A DNA stretch of 64,000 nt, from positions 186,001 to 250,000 of the forward strand of contig NGBS01000873.1 of the NCBI GenBank assembly GCA_002245135.1. Direction: 5' to 3'. This document shows, piece by piece, positions 13,423 through 26,100 of the stretch. The translations under genes were made by a program, and so were the position numbers. The notes under the pieces are model-generated. The model was not told the DNA's origin. It saw only the letters and a program-made list of their open reading frames with translations, and made no database searches. Every line of letters begins with the position of its first letter. Positions within the stretch are counted from its first letter, which is position 1. The stretch comes from Proteromonas lacertae (taxonomy: Eukaryota).

Positions 13423-13905
13423 ATGGAAGTGTAAGAATAATATTATTAATTAGTATAGAATAAATACAAATGAGACTTTATTAACCGACTTTGAAGTTAA
13501 AGAAGTGTTAGCTCAGAGAAATGCTCAAAAAGACAATCAAAGAGACAGAAAACAACCAGTAAGTTCTACAATGTGGATTACTCGATCAACATTGAGATAT
13601 TTAGGAGAAAGACCTTCAGATAATTATACTCCAGAAATGTATATTTATACATGATGACTATATAGGATATCGAATTTTTTAAATGCTTTAAATAATTTTA
13701 AAGATGAATCAAATAAAATGATCTTTCTAACAAAAGCAGAAATTCTAATGATCATTAATAACTGTCCAACAACCGAAGTTTTGATTCATGCTGTATAAGA
13801 GTATCAATATATTGGTGTTAGATAATTGATGATTGCAATAGTAGAATGAATGATAATCAGGTTCAAGAGTTATTAACCATTGTTCAAGATAATTTAGTAA
13901 AATAA
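13423..13905 (+). CDS. RPC9: RNA polymerase III subunit C17/RPC9 (Rpb4/CRCP family)
   Basis: Not in the ORF track. Spliced translation MEV..NETLLTDFEVKEVL...TLRYL...LTKAEILMIINNCPTTEVLIHAIIDDCNSRMNDNQVQELL matches the RPC17 pattern. Confidence 0.8.
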
Positions 13906-14059
13906 TTTAAGAGTGTGTATAATTTCATGTTTGTTTGAATGTAAATAAAGAGTGTATAAGATAATGACATTTTGAATGTAATTGACGCATTGATCAGATC
14001 GTGTCTATGTCACATTCATTCATTCAATTTCTACTTTTACCGTTTGTAAGAAGGAAAGA

Positions 14060-15782
14060 ATGGCACAAGTAGTAGATTTTGAATCTTTGATGTTTCAATT
14101 TTTGAATTCAAATAATGAAACTCATCAACAAGCTGAGAATTATTTGAATCAACTTCAAAACCAACCAGAAACACTAATAAAAGGTTTATTTCAAGTATTT
14201 ATTATATGATTCATTGATATAGGTGCTTTTACAATCACAGAGCCTTAATTCAAGATTATTGTCTTCTGTTTTACTTAGAAATTACCTTATATATCAAGTA
14301 CTAGACGATTCAAGTATTTATTTCAAATTATCAGATGATCTTCAACTTTACGTAAAGACAAATCTTCTTGATTCTGTCAAAACAGTCAATGACCATAATT
14401 TAATGGTTCAATTATGTGAAACTATCAATGAAATAGCACAATGTATTATTTTTAACAATGAATGGCCTGAGATTATTGATTTTATCTTCTCATCTCTTAA
14501 TACACTTCAATCTTCAATGATACAAGAAGTATGTTTTAGATTATTATCAAATTTATCCAATTATTTTGCCTATGAAGCATCCCATATTCACGATTTGGAA
14601 GTATTATATATAATTATTATCTATATATGTATAGAATCTATTTAACATGTGTTTACAATCAGAATCTCCAATATATATAGTAAAAGCATACTGTTCATTA
14701 CTACAGGCTTGTCAATATGAACAAATTGAAAATTTAGAAAAACAGTTTTCAAAGTTATTTTTAATGATAAACTATCAACTAAGTCACGGTAGTATAGATA
14801 ATAGTATAGAAATATTAATATGTATTTCTGATATAATTGAGTATAAAGCATCAATTATAACCAATATCGTATATATATTATTTTATTTTATTAGATGGAT
14901 TCTTTTTTAGAATGTTTTACATCATTATTAAGTTCATCTCAGATAGATATGCAAATAAGAAAACTATGTTTAGAATGTATTATTTTTTACACAGAATCAG
15001 ATCCTTCAATTTATCAGATTAATAATTCAACTGTTTATCTTCGTCGAGTATTTCCAGTGTTTATATTAATCTTACAAAATATCGATAATTGTTATTATTT
15101 ACCTAAAGATTCATTGAAATATGCAATAATAGAGAGTTTCGATAGAATTATTTATAATGTGAATAACAATGTAATGATTAGTCTTTGTTTGAATCATGCT
15201 GATGATTTATTTACTAATACAGGAAATACACCTAATACACCTAGTACAGATAATACATCAAACAATTGGAAAAGACAGTTTGTTGGTATTATTTTACTTA
15301 CAAAAGTAAGTGCATTACTATCTGACACTTTTGATGATAAATGCAAGGCAATAATTGATAATATATTGATATTAAGAAGTGTTAATGAATTGAAATATAT
15401 AATAATATATTCGTTAGGAATATTGTCTGAAAATTTCGCACCGCATATTCACGAGTATTATCATAACGATATAATTGAATTATTATTTAACTGTATTGAT
15501 ACAACAGCAGAACCACATGTATAATAATTATATTGATATATATTGTGTTTGTATAGTTATTGAAATGTTCAATCAATACATTAACTTCATATTTATCAAA
15601 CTCTCCAGATACAGTTATAGTTTCTTGTAGTGAATATATATTACAGAATTTCAGTGTGTTTTTTGATATTTCATTTATCAATATAAGAGAAGATGTGTTA
15701 AAGTTATTGTTAGTCATATTGCAGTCAATTTCAACCAGTTTTAAAGAATATATATTGCAATATACTCAACTATTAGAAAATG

Positions 15783-15813
<31 letters not shown>

Positions 15814-17366
15814 TCTTTTATTTTTTTAACTTAGATATTTTATAATAATGATGGATTAAGTAATTATGAAATGAGAGGAATAGCATTTGTATGTATATGT
15901 TACATAATAGATATTACAGATAATGCAACATTAAATGAGAATATTGAGAATATAAAGCACATATTTTCAATATCAGCAAATTACTATTTTAACCAAATCA
16001 TTGATATTTATTATATTAGTGATGGGTGGAATATAATATGTGAAAAATTGGGTGGATTTTTCGAACCAATTATAGATCCGTTGATTAATATATTTGAAAA
16101 TGAATTGGAGACAATTGATGAGAATGATGATAATCAAAATGATGGTGATGATAACTTGTTAATGGAAGAAATTGATATTGATTATGATGAGGAAGAAAAT
16201 GAGAATGAAAACTTAGAAAATGAATATATATCAACAACTACAAAGATAATTACAAAAACATATATGATTACATCGAATTATGATCAGATAAACACTGCAT
16301 TAAAAATAATAAGAGTATTGTCAGAATATCATCCAGAATTATTGAAAGATAAATGTATTTATTTGTATGAGAAATTATTACAAATTGGAAGAATATCATC
16401 AGATTTACAACCAATAATAGTTGATCTATTTCCATTCTTATTTCAATCACTTAAAACTCATAGTAATGAAGAACAATATACTATATTAAACAATATACTT
16501 GAATATTTTCATAAATACCATGTAATATTTAAAGATTATGAATCAATTCCATCTATATTAGAATCTATTTATAATTGTATACAAATATCATTAGAATATA
16601 ATCCAAATTTACCAACTACATTCTTATCAATAGATAGGATTGTTGAAATATCAATGGATTTAAAATCACTTTATAAATCATGTGATAGTTTGAGATATAA
16701 TATCGACGCATCAAATAAACTGCAATTTGAAATAATTGAAGAAGATGGAGATGAAAATAATGAAGATAATAATAATAATAACGTAATAGAATATACTCCA
16801 AATCAAGAACAATTAATTGATAATTATTTATCGATTCAGTTTGCTATTATTGAATTTATAAATATATTCTGGAGGATATACCAGAATCAGTTTTGTGCAA
16901 TATTTAAAGAGTTATTTTATAATGATTTAGTGGAGAGGTTTAACAGTAGTATGAAATATGAAGATAAAAAATTGACATTAACGATGTGTTTGAATTGCTT
17001 AAAGTATTATATCTATTTCTATTATATTCTATATATAGTAATCTTAGTAATGCAGAGTTATTTATTGATGATATTAAGAGAATAATGACAATAAGTTTAA
17101 GCGACGAAGAGAATGAAGTATATTTCTATAATGTTAATATATATTTTTAGGTATTGATATTATGCTGTGAAATAATCAATATTTTGGTAGAAAAATATAA
17201 TTGTATTAAGGAGGAAAAAGATGAGATGCTTAGATTGTTGAATATTATATCAAAATACAATTTTGAGTATAGTTTTTATTGTTTTATTTTACTTAGTGAT
17301 ATCATTTATTCAAATAAGTTAAAAGAGATGGTATCTGTGTTATTAACAAAGTTAGTCTCTTCATAA
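14060..17366 (+). CDS. Importin-beta family HEAT-repeat protein (importin-5/Kap121-like, divergent)
   Basis: N-terminal FLNSNNETHQQAENYLNQLQ, SSVLLRN, VKTNLL, NEWPEIIDF, NWKRQFVG, SLGILSENFAPHI and an acidic loop. Multi-exon. Confidence 0.65.
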
Positions 17367-17532
17367 TTATGAATAAGAGTTGTTTTTGTGATTGTTTGAT
17401 GTGTTATTTAAGTTTTAAAAAACAAAATGAATCAAACGTAATACAAGCTTTTTCTTTTTAGTTATTTTTGTTTTTGCATTTTTAACAAGACAAACAACGT
17501 TTAATTAACAGATTAATTCACTAATAAAAGAA

Positions 17533-18216
17533 ATGAGTAATATAAAAACGTATAAGAAAGCTAGATTAATTGTATAGAGACAGTAATAAAGGATATTCGA
17601 AAGAACAGTTTAATAATGCTTCAAAAATATGTAATAAAACCTCACTTACTATTAAAGAAAAGTATGAATTATTATTAAAGAGGTATTGTTATAGTTTGAA
17701 TATATTGATGTAGAAAGAGTGATTTAGAAAGTGAATTGCAATACTATGCATCTATTATAAAAAGTTTAGATAAAAATTCTCCAGAAATTGGAATGTACAA
17801 TTCAATGTGTAAGAATTTGTTTGAAACAAGAAATAATCTAGTTACAATAATTCAAGCAGTAGAAGATATATTATTATCAATTGATAAATCAAAGATTATA
17901 TTGGACGCTTCTGCTTTAGGAGTTGATACAATAAGAATAGCTTCTGGAATGAAGATGTATTTATTTAAACAACTTATTTGTACTTATATATTTATAATAG
18001 AGATAATAAAGATTTATCACGAGAAATAAACAAGTTTGATAAACATAAATATAACGTTAGTAATGTGGAAGATGAATTGAATGATATTGGGAAAGAAATC
18101 GTATTATATAATAATATATTATTGAATAGGATGACATGGATGATGAAGAATTAGATGCTGAACGTATTATCTTGTTTTCATTATTATTATTATATAGTTA
18201 ACTCATTTTTAACTTG
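17533..18216 (+). CDS. Snf7/ESCRT-III-like coiled-coil protein
   Basis: About 170-aa spliced helical product with an acidic C-terminus (DDMDDEELDAE...) like CHMP proteins. Weak similarity only. Confidence 0.4.
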
Positions 18217-18342
18217 ATTAGTAGATTATATTGTAATTAATTAGTTGTAATTCATTATTTGCTGTATTTGAAATAATATGGGTTTCAGAACAAAATCCTC
18301 AAACATGTTTGGCATTTTATAAAACTATAATCCAATTTTTCA

Positions 18343-19810
18343 ATGAGTTTTAAAAGAAGATCGTCTTCATCTTCGGAATATACTTGTTTGTTTGAGATTT
18401 TAGAGTTATTTCGATATGAAAATTGCAATGAAGATGATAAAATTAACCATTTTATGAATGTAGTATGATATTTGTTTAATATAATATTAGATTAAAGATT
18501 ATCAGGATAATTATAAAACAGTTTATTCATTATTTTTGCCATATTTAGTAATCTTAGCTAATAGACATCTTAATCTAAATGTCAGAAATAAACTTCAAGA
18601 ATTCCTTATATCTCCAACGAATGGCACTTCAATTCCACAATACAACAATACTGTTTCAAAGTTCATTAAGGATTTACCAGAATTTCAAACAAACCCAAGT
18701 AATGATTTATTTTTGCTACAGTCAAATGAATATTATTTCTCTCATTTGGATCAAATTTGTTATTTTCTACCGTCCTATCAACATAAGAGGTTATTGATTG
18801 GCAATACTATATACTCAACAGACAATCCACTCAGTTCAATATATAAATATTACATATCAATAATAACCTGCTTAATTCTGAATTACACATCAAAGTTACA
18901 ATTATATATTGATTTATATTTAAAAGAAGGAGGTTTAATAGAATGGATTAATTCTTCTTCATCTTCTTCAAATATTCCACTTAAATTAAAAATAATTAAA
19001 GACTTTTTAATTCAATTTATTGTAGGAACATCGACATTAACGCTTCAAGATTATAATAAGATTATTTATATTGATAAACATTGGTCTGGTTGTGAATTTA
19101 TACATATAATATTAATAGCAACGAATATTGTTGTAGATTCAATAATATCAATGGGTTGTGGAATAAATAAAGAATTAATAGACTATGATAATACAAATAT
19201 CCGTTTCATAATCCCATTAGCCAATCAAATTAAAGAAGATTCAAATAAAAGACGTACTAATATTGACCAATCAAGATTCAATGCAGGTAGTAGTATAGAA
19301 TTTACATGGGAAGAAGAAGGATATTCATATCTACAAACATATTGTACTGAATCAGCAGGAATCTTGGATGATATACATAAACTTTTCTTCGTTAAATCAA
19401 TAGACGAAGAAGATGTAAGTGATTATTTTAAAAAGGATAAAACAGATGCAATATATTATATGATAAATAGATATTATGGAATTACTTATGATCATTATTG
19501 CTATCCAGAAATTAATAAAATATTAGATGTAAGAGAGAAGCAGTTTATATATTCATTACTGCCTATTACTCAGCGAATATTTAATAATGATTTATATAGC
19601 AGTTTGAAAGAATGTGTTAATTCTGAGAAGAATATTGCTATTGTTACATTCTTAAGTAGTGAAGCAGTAAGACAATCATTGTTGTTAACTGCAATTACTG
19701 GATTGACTTTATGTAGGAATGTGAAAGGAGATTGTGAGATGAGTAATGGATTAGATAAATCTTGTAATAGAAGTAGTTTAGATGATATGAAAGATGATGA
19801 TGATATGTGA
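18343..19810 (+). CDS. Sestrin (PA26 family)
   Basis: LKEGGLIEWI, WSGCEFIHIILI, FTWEEEGYSYL...AGILDD, YYGITYDHYCYPEINKILD and SEAVRQSLLLTAI all match sestrin blocks. Confidence 0.8.
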
Positions 19811-20035
19811 GATTAATTTTTTATATGGAAAAGTGATAATAAAAAGAAATTATTTAATTATGTATTTAAACAATTTTTTCTTAATTTTTAAATATAATTT
19901 GATGATTTGTTGTTGTAATATTATTTTAAATAAAACACACACACAATTTCAGATAATAATAATAATAATAATAATAGAGTATAATAAAATATAAAGAACA
20001 GAATAACAATAATTAAAAACCTATAACATAAAAAT

Positions 20036-21894
20036 TTAGACTAAAACTGTTAAATTCGGTTTATCAATCGAACAATCACTCAATATGGATTTACCTTGAT
20101 TAGATAAATTGTTTCTACCCATATTAACCTTCTCTAATCTTGATAAACTCTTAATAGAAACTGATAAATACTTTGCTCCTTCATCAGTAATTAAATTAGA
20201 TCCTAAATCAATCTTCACTAAGTCAGGACAGTTTAATAATCCTTTACTTATCACTTTCACACCTTCATTACCAATCTTACAATTGGATAAGTATAAATCA
20301 GTAAGACAAGGAATATCACATAAATGATTTCCAATTAAGATTGCACCTTCATCACCAAATGGATTATCTATATAAATAATAATAATAATATATATACATC
20401 CAATATCCAGTAAACTTAGATCAGGAAACAAATCAAACCTTTCCACCAACATTTTTACACCATTCACTGTTATTTTGTTACTTCCCAAACATAACTTCTC
20501 CGTGTAAGGCATATAATGTGCAGCATTTAATAAATATTTAATACCTTCATCTTCAATAACTTTGAAATATAAATTCCATTCATAATCTTCTTTAATACCT
20601 TTAATTATCTTCAGTTCGGTTGGATTTTGAACTAGCAATTTGCCAGTGATTGTTTCTTTGATTAATGGAGCTTCAAATGCTAATTGGATAATAACCCGAT
20701 AATATTGTTCTTCATTGGATTTGTTATATTCCATTATAAGTTTCTTTTTCAAATCTAATTAATAATAATAATAATATAATATTCAATAAATACCAGAGTT
20801 TTTAGCAATTTCTAAAATAATCAATCTTACACTCTCATAATCCTCTTTAAAGTCATCTAGATCTTTCATCATCTCTTCTACTGTCATTTCTGGATTTTCA
20901 TACTTTCCTAATACTCCCTTTACTGCACTTTCAGGTTCCATTTGTTCAATTAAGAATGACTTTGATTTTTCTTCTTCTAAATCTTCAATTATCAAGTCTA
21001 ATGATATTCTACGATTAACATCGTTGAGTATAAGTAAGTCAATAAGGTCTTTCATATAATTGGGGCAATCTTTTGGCAGTTTTGGATGAGCAGAATTACT
21101 AATTTTTTGATATAATAAACCAATGGTATCTGCTTGGAATAAATTAACACCACCAGTAATAGCGAAGTATAAAATACATCCAAATGACCATAAATCAGTA
21201 ACAACTGTTACTTCTGCATTATTCAAAATTTCAGGTGATGTATAGAATAACGTAGATGCTTTAAGTTTAAACGGACTTTCATAAAACTGATAAATGTTTG
21301 CATCAGTTAATACTAAATGAGATTCAGTATTAGTAGAATCTGACAAAATATTGGCTGGTTTCAAGTTTCCATGAATAAGATCATGCTCATGAAGTGATTT
21401 TAATCCATTTGCAATACATTTAAAATGAGATTTGTATAACTCTTCATTTCCAACAAATGAAGTATTTTTAACTAATAACTCAAAATTACCCTTTTCATAA
21501 TAGGGCATTGTAATGAACAATAGATTTTTTGGTAATAAATAAGTACATTTTGCTGCAATAATTGTTGTATCAATACAAGATTCAATACCATGTTTCTATT
21601 CATAATATTGGCTAATAAATAATGTTATACGAATTTTTCTACTGCTTCATTCCTGGATTTATCAACGTAAATTACTTTCATAACTACTTTATGATTAGAA
21701 GCATCATCAGTGAGGATAGTACATCCATTAGCAAGGTCATACGACATACATTGAACAGTCTAATGATAGAAACATATTAACCATACTGTATAGTGCAAAT
21801 CAGGATCAATTTTTTTCTATAATTTGAATTATAATATTAACAATACAAATGGAAATCCTTTTTCTACAAAAGAATTAGCATCACTGTAATTCAT
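20036..21894 (-). CDS. Kinase-like domain fused to RNI-like leucine-rich repeats (probable pseudokinase)
   Basis: HGNLKPANIL, YTSPEIL and DLWSFGCILY, followed by LRRs (LYLSNCKIGNEGVKVIS, IDLGSNLITDEGAKYLS). Joined by a short intron near 20755-20790. Confidence 0.8.
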
Positions 21895-22068
21895 TTATTC
21901 AGTGCTATTAATCTTTCAAAAAATAGAAATAACGAAAATTATGGTTTGATTATTCAAACCATTTATTCTTTTTTATTTGTGTTTTTTTCATCATTTTATA
22001 GGTAAATAGGGTAGAAGAGAAATATTTTCATGTAAAACATACATTTTGTAAATAATAAGAATATTATA

Positions 22069-22884
22069 CTACTCTACTATCTGTAATTGGTGGTTAATAA
22101 TTTCTTTATCCAATATTTTACTTAGTTCTTCGTAATCCTTCCAACATACATACTGGCATTTACGAGATTGGTTTTTCTTTATCCTATTATCCAAATTACT
22201 CTCTTTTCTAGCGCACACCTTATCAATGGATCTTAAATGCAAAGATGGACAAACATCATTGTCACCATCTCCAATATAGTATACATGCTGATAACTATTT
22301 ATGTTTAGAGTATCAACAACAGATCCTTTGCATAAGTTACATGGACATAGTTGACAAGCATGAGGTTGCTCCATATTTTGATATGCTGATACATGTAAAA
22401 TGCCATTTGCATCATAGGATCCAGGATTAGTGATAATTCTATCAAACAAATCTGAAATGTTGTTTGCTTTAACAACACATGTTATAAATTCGGTGTTGCA
22501 ATCACTTAATATGATTATCTGACTGTTATTTCGTTTATGTTTTTTTAAAACAGAGATTAACTCTTTGGAAATATGTATTTCTGTTAATAATAAATCAATT
22601 AGACATACTTTTTAACGATTCTTCTATTTTTGATTTAATGATGCCTCTGCGTGCTAATTTGTCAATCAAATCAGCCTATTTTTACATAATATTGCCATTT
22701 ATACAGATATATTTACCCAATTAGTGTGTTTCTCTTGTTCGTACATATATTCAATGAGATCTGGAGCAAGATCTTGTAATACTACTGTGAATGTGTCAAC
22801 AGGGCAAAAAGACCTATAAGGACTATAATAACAATAGGGATACAAATCGAAATCGAATATATATAATCTTGAATAGGTAGACAT
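22069..22884 (-). CDS. PHOSPHO1/PHOSPHO2-type HAD phosphatase
   Basis: YIFDFD motif I, ILSDCNTEFI, IITNP, CQLCPCNLCKG and YIGDGDNDVCP. Confidence 0.85.
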
Positions 22885-23124
22885 CAAGAATTTGAGTTGT
22901 GTTTTTTGAATATTCGAAATCCGTTTCACGAATCTTAAAAATTCTGAATATTCAAGGATCATTATGAGATTCACAACAACATGAATCACATTGATTGCAT
23001 TGCATTTTTAATTATCTACAACTATATATATAAACTGTCAAGAAATTGTTTAATATCCTCAATTCACACAAAAAATAAAAACAAAACAAATAAAATAATA
23101 ATAATACTAATAATATAAACTAGA

Positions 23125-26100
23125 CTATTGTTCTGGTATGGGTGTTAGTGTATCTATTTTATCTTCTGACTTTCTTTCATTATCTAAATGTTCATCATTA
23201 AATGGTGGTTCAGGTTCTTCATTCTTACTGTGATCAATAACATGAACATCTGGCATAGCATGTGAAGCAACAGATGATGTAACAGCAATTTTACTCACTT
23301 TTCTACGAGATTTCATTCTTAAAGCAACAATAAACACAATAGCAAAAACAGTTACAAACATTCCAACACCTAAAAACAAATATGGTAAACCTTGCACTAT
23401 AGATTTCTTATCTGTTTTACCTCCATCTGCTACATAATTGAATGTATTACTTGATTTACATTTCATTGCATCAACTGTATGATGAAGTAAAGGATAATCA
23501 GCACCATTGAAATATTCATCTTGATCTAAAGCCCAAATCATTAAACCACCAAGATTTTTAGATCGAGCATATTCGATCTTTTCATTCAAACTACGATCAT
23601 TATCATAACTACACCATTGATCATCTTTCTGAATATACATACTTCGACTTATCTCATCATAGGTACTTATTCCACCTTCTTTTAACATCTCACTTATTTC
23701 GAAATAAGCTAAATAACCATCTGTTCGAGTCCATTTTCCAGGTTTTCCAGCACCAATTGCTTCACTTTTATAACCTTGGCCTGATGCTTTACTTTTCAAT
23801 GTCCAACAACGACCAAAGTAACCTAAACCCAAAAATAGTTTTTCACTTGATATTCCACTCGATAAATATAGATTCACAGCATAATCGATTGTGTATTTAT
23901 AATCTAAACTATTCTCATCTAAATCTTTTCGAGCATATAATGCAGTATGGAAATCAGTTTTATCTTCCCAAGCACCATGTAAATCATAACTCATTAAACT
24001 AATATAATCAACATATTTAGGAATTTCTTTCAAATTATAGCCACTTTCGATTTTATCATATCCTATTCCAACTGCTATTGTTAATAACAACTTTGATTTT
24101 CCATATGGAATGGATTCTCGTTCGATTGATTCTCGAGTTTCTTTTAATAATGATACGAAATTTTCTTTATCTTCTGGACGACCACCTTGAACTTCAACAC
24201 CTGGATATTCCCAATCGATATCTACACCATCGAAATTATTATCTCGAGCAAATTTCAATAATGAAGAGATAAATTTAGATCGATTTTCTTTACTTGAAGC
24301 CATATTTGTAAATATATGTTTTGTGTTTTCATAGAGATTGAAGTTCCAACCACCAATAGATATTAAGGTCTTGATTGAAGGATTTTGATTTCGAACATGT
24401 TGATTGAATCGATAGTATAAACCTTGACTTGGATTCCATTCGTTTATATCATTCCATTCAAATGGAATTACTCGATAACTTTTATCTTCTATTACAGCAA
24501 ATGCATAGTTTATATGAGTTAAGCCTTTTGCATTTATATTTTCAGGGAAATATGTATTACTAGGACGATATTGACTCCAGTTTGTATGATATCCCAATAA
24601 TTTTGTAATAGGTTTACATGTTCCATCATCATCAGGATTGGGATTTACAGTTGGATTAACTGTTGGTTTTTCCGTTGGAGGGTTAGTTGGTTTTTCTGTA
24701 GGAAGCGAAGTAGGTGGCGAAGTGGGAGGATTTGTTGGTTTTTCAGTTGGAGCACATGTTGGACAAGATGGACAAGGAGGACAAATACCACAATCCTTTG
24801 GACATGTTGCACAGTTTTCATTTGGATCGCATTTTCCATCTCCACAATATGATTCTGTAGGTGTTGTTGGTTTCGCAGTTGGTTTATCAGTAGGCTTTTC
24901 TGTTGGTTTATCAGTAGGAGGTTGAGTTGGTTTATCTGTAGGAGGTTGAGTTGGTTTTGTTGTTGGTTTTTCAGTAGGCTTATCAGTAGGTTTTTCTGTT
25001 GGTGGTTGTGTTGGCCTATCGGTTGGTTCATCGCATTTTCCACAATCATTTGGACAATTTTCACATGTTTCTCCTTTTGAACAAACACCATCTCCACAAG
25101 TAATACAAGAACCACAATCTTTAGGGCAGGATTCACAATTCTCTTTTGATTGACAAATACCATCTCCACATACTGTTTCAGCTGTTGAACAATCAATTGT
25201 GCCACTACATCTACTATCCCAAGTGTGAGCTATTGAACCATCATAACAGATTGTTCCTGGTGGAGTTGGAGTAGGATCAGTAGGACGACCTGCAACACAA
25301 TAATATAAGAATGGACAACAATTCTTTGGATAACAATGAGTACCATCACTTAAACCTTTACAGTTTGGTTTATCATTTCCTCCACTATTACTATCGTCTA
25401 TTTTGTGACATTCTTTTCCATTTCCGCTATATCCATCTTTACATACACATTGAACATGATTATTTGGAAGTAAACTGCATATAGCATTAACATCACATCC
25501 ACCATTATTTGATAAACATGGATTGGGTCTTTCAGTTGGTTTTGTTGTTGGTATTGTAGTTGGTTTTGTTGTTGGTTTTTCAGTTGGTTTATCTGTAGGT
25601 TTTTCAGTTGGTTTTGTTGTTGGTATTGTAGTTGGTTTTGTTGTTGGTTTTTCAGTTGGTTTATCTGTAGGTTTTTCAGTTGGCTTTGTTGTTGGTATTG
25701 TAGTTGGTTTTTCAGTAGGTTTTGTTGTTGGTTTTTGAGTTGGAGCTATAGTCTGTGGAATTGTAGGAGTTGATGTTGTAGGAGGATTTGTTGGTGCACT
25801 TGTTATTCTACATGGTCCACAATCAGCTTGGCAATTCAAACATGTTTCTCCTTTTGAACAAACACCATCTCCACAAGTAATGCAAGAACCACAATCTTCA
25901 GGACAAGATTTACAATTTTCTGTATCATGACATATTCCATCTCCACATTTGGATGCTGTAGAACATTCATAGTTTGATACACCACAATCAGAAGGATATG
26001 ATATTTGCCCATTTATACATACTGTTCCAGGAGGAGTGGCTGATAAGCCTGATGGGTTTCCATTAGAACAATAGTAGAAGTTTGGACAACAATCCATTGG

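Noticed and set aside
13905..13940. Blastocystis-type stop codons created by polyadenylation (TGTTTGTT at ~13928)
   Set aside because: The motif is present downstream of RPC9, but that gene and the others I checked have genomic stop codons. I could not show any stop-less gene.
15781..15810. (TA)n tracts (also ~11600, ~30280, ~48200, ~49080) as functional elements
   Set aside because: They are simple microsatellites inside AT-rich introns.
24638..25738. Regular short repeats and antisense V/G-rich ORFs (24638-24925, 25523-25738) as a CRISPR array or separate genes
   Set aside because: There are no unique spacers. They are the reverse complement of the PTxK mucin linker in the chitinase.
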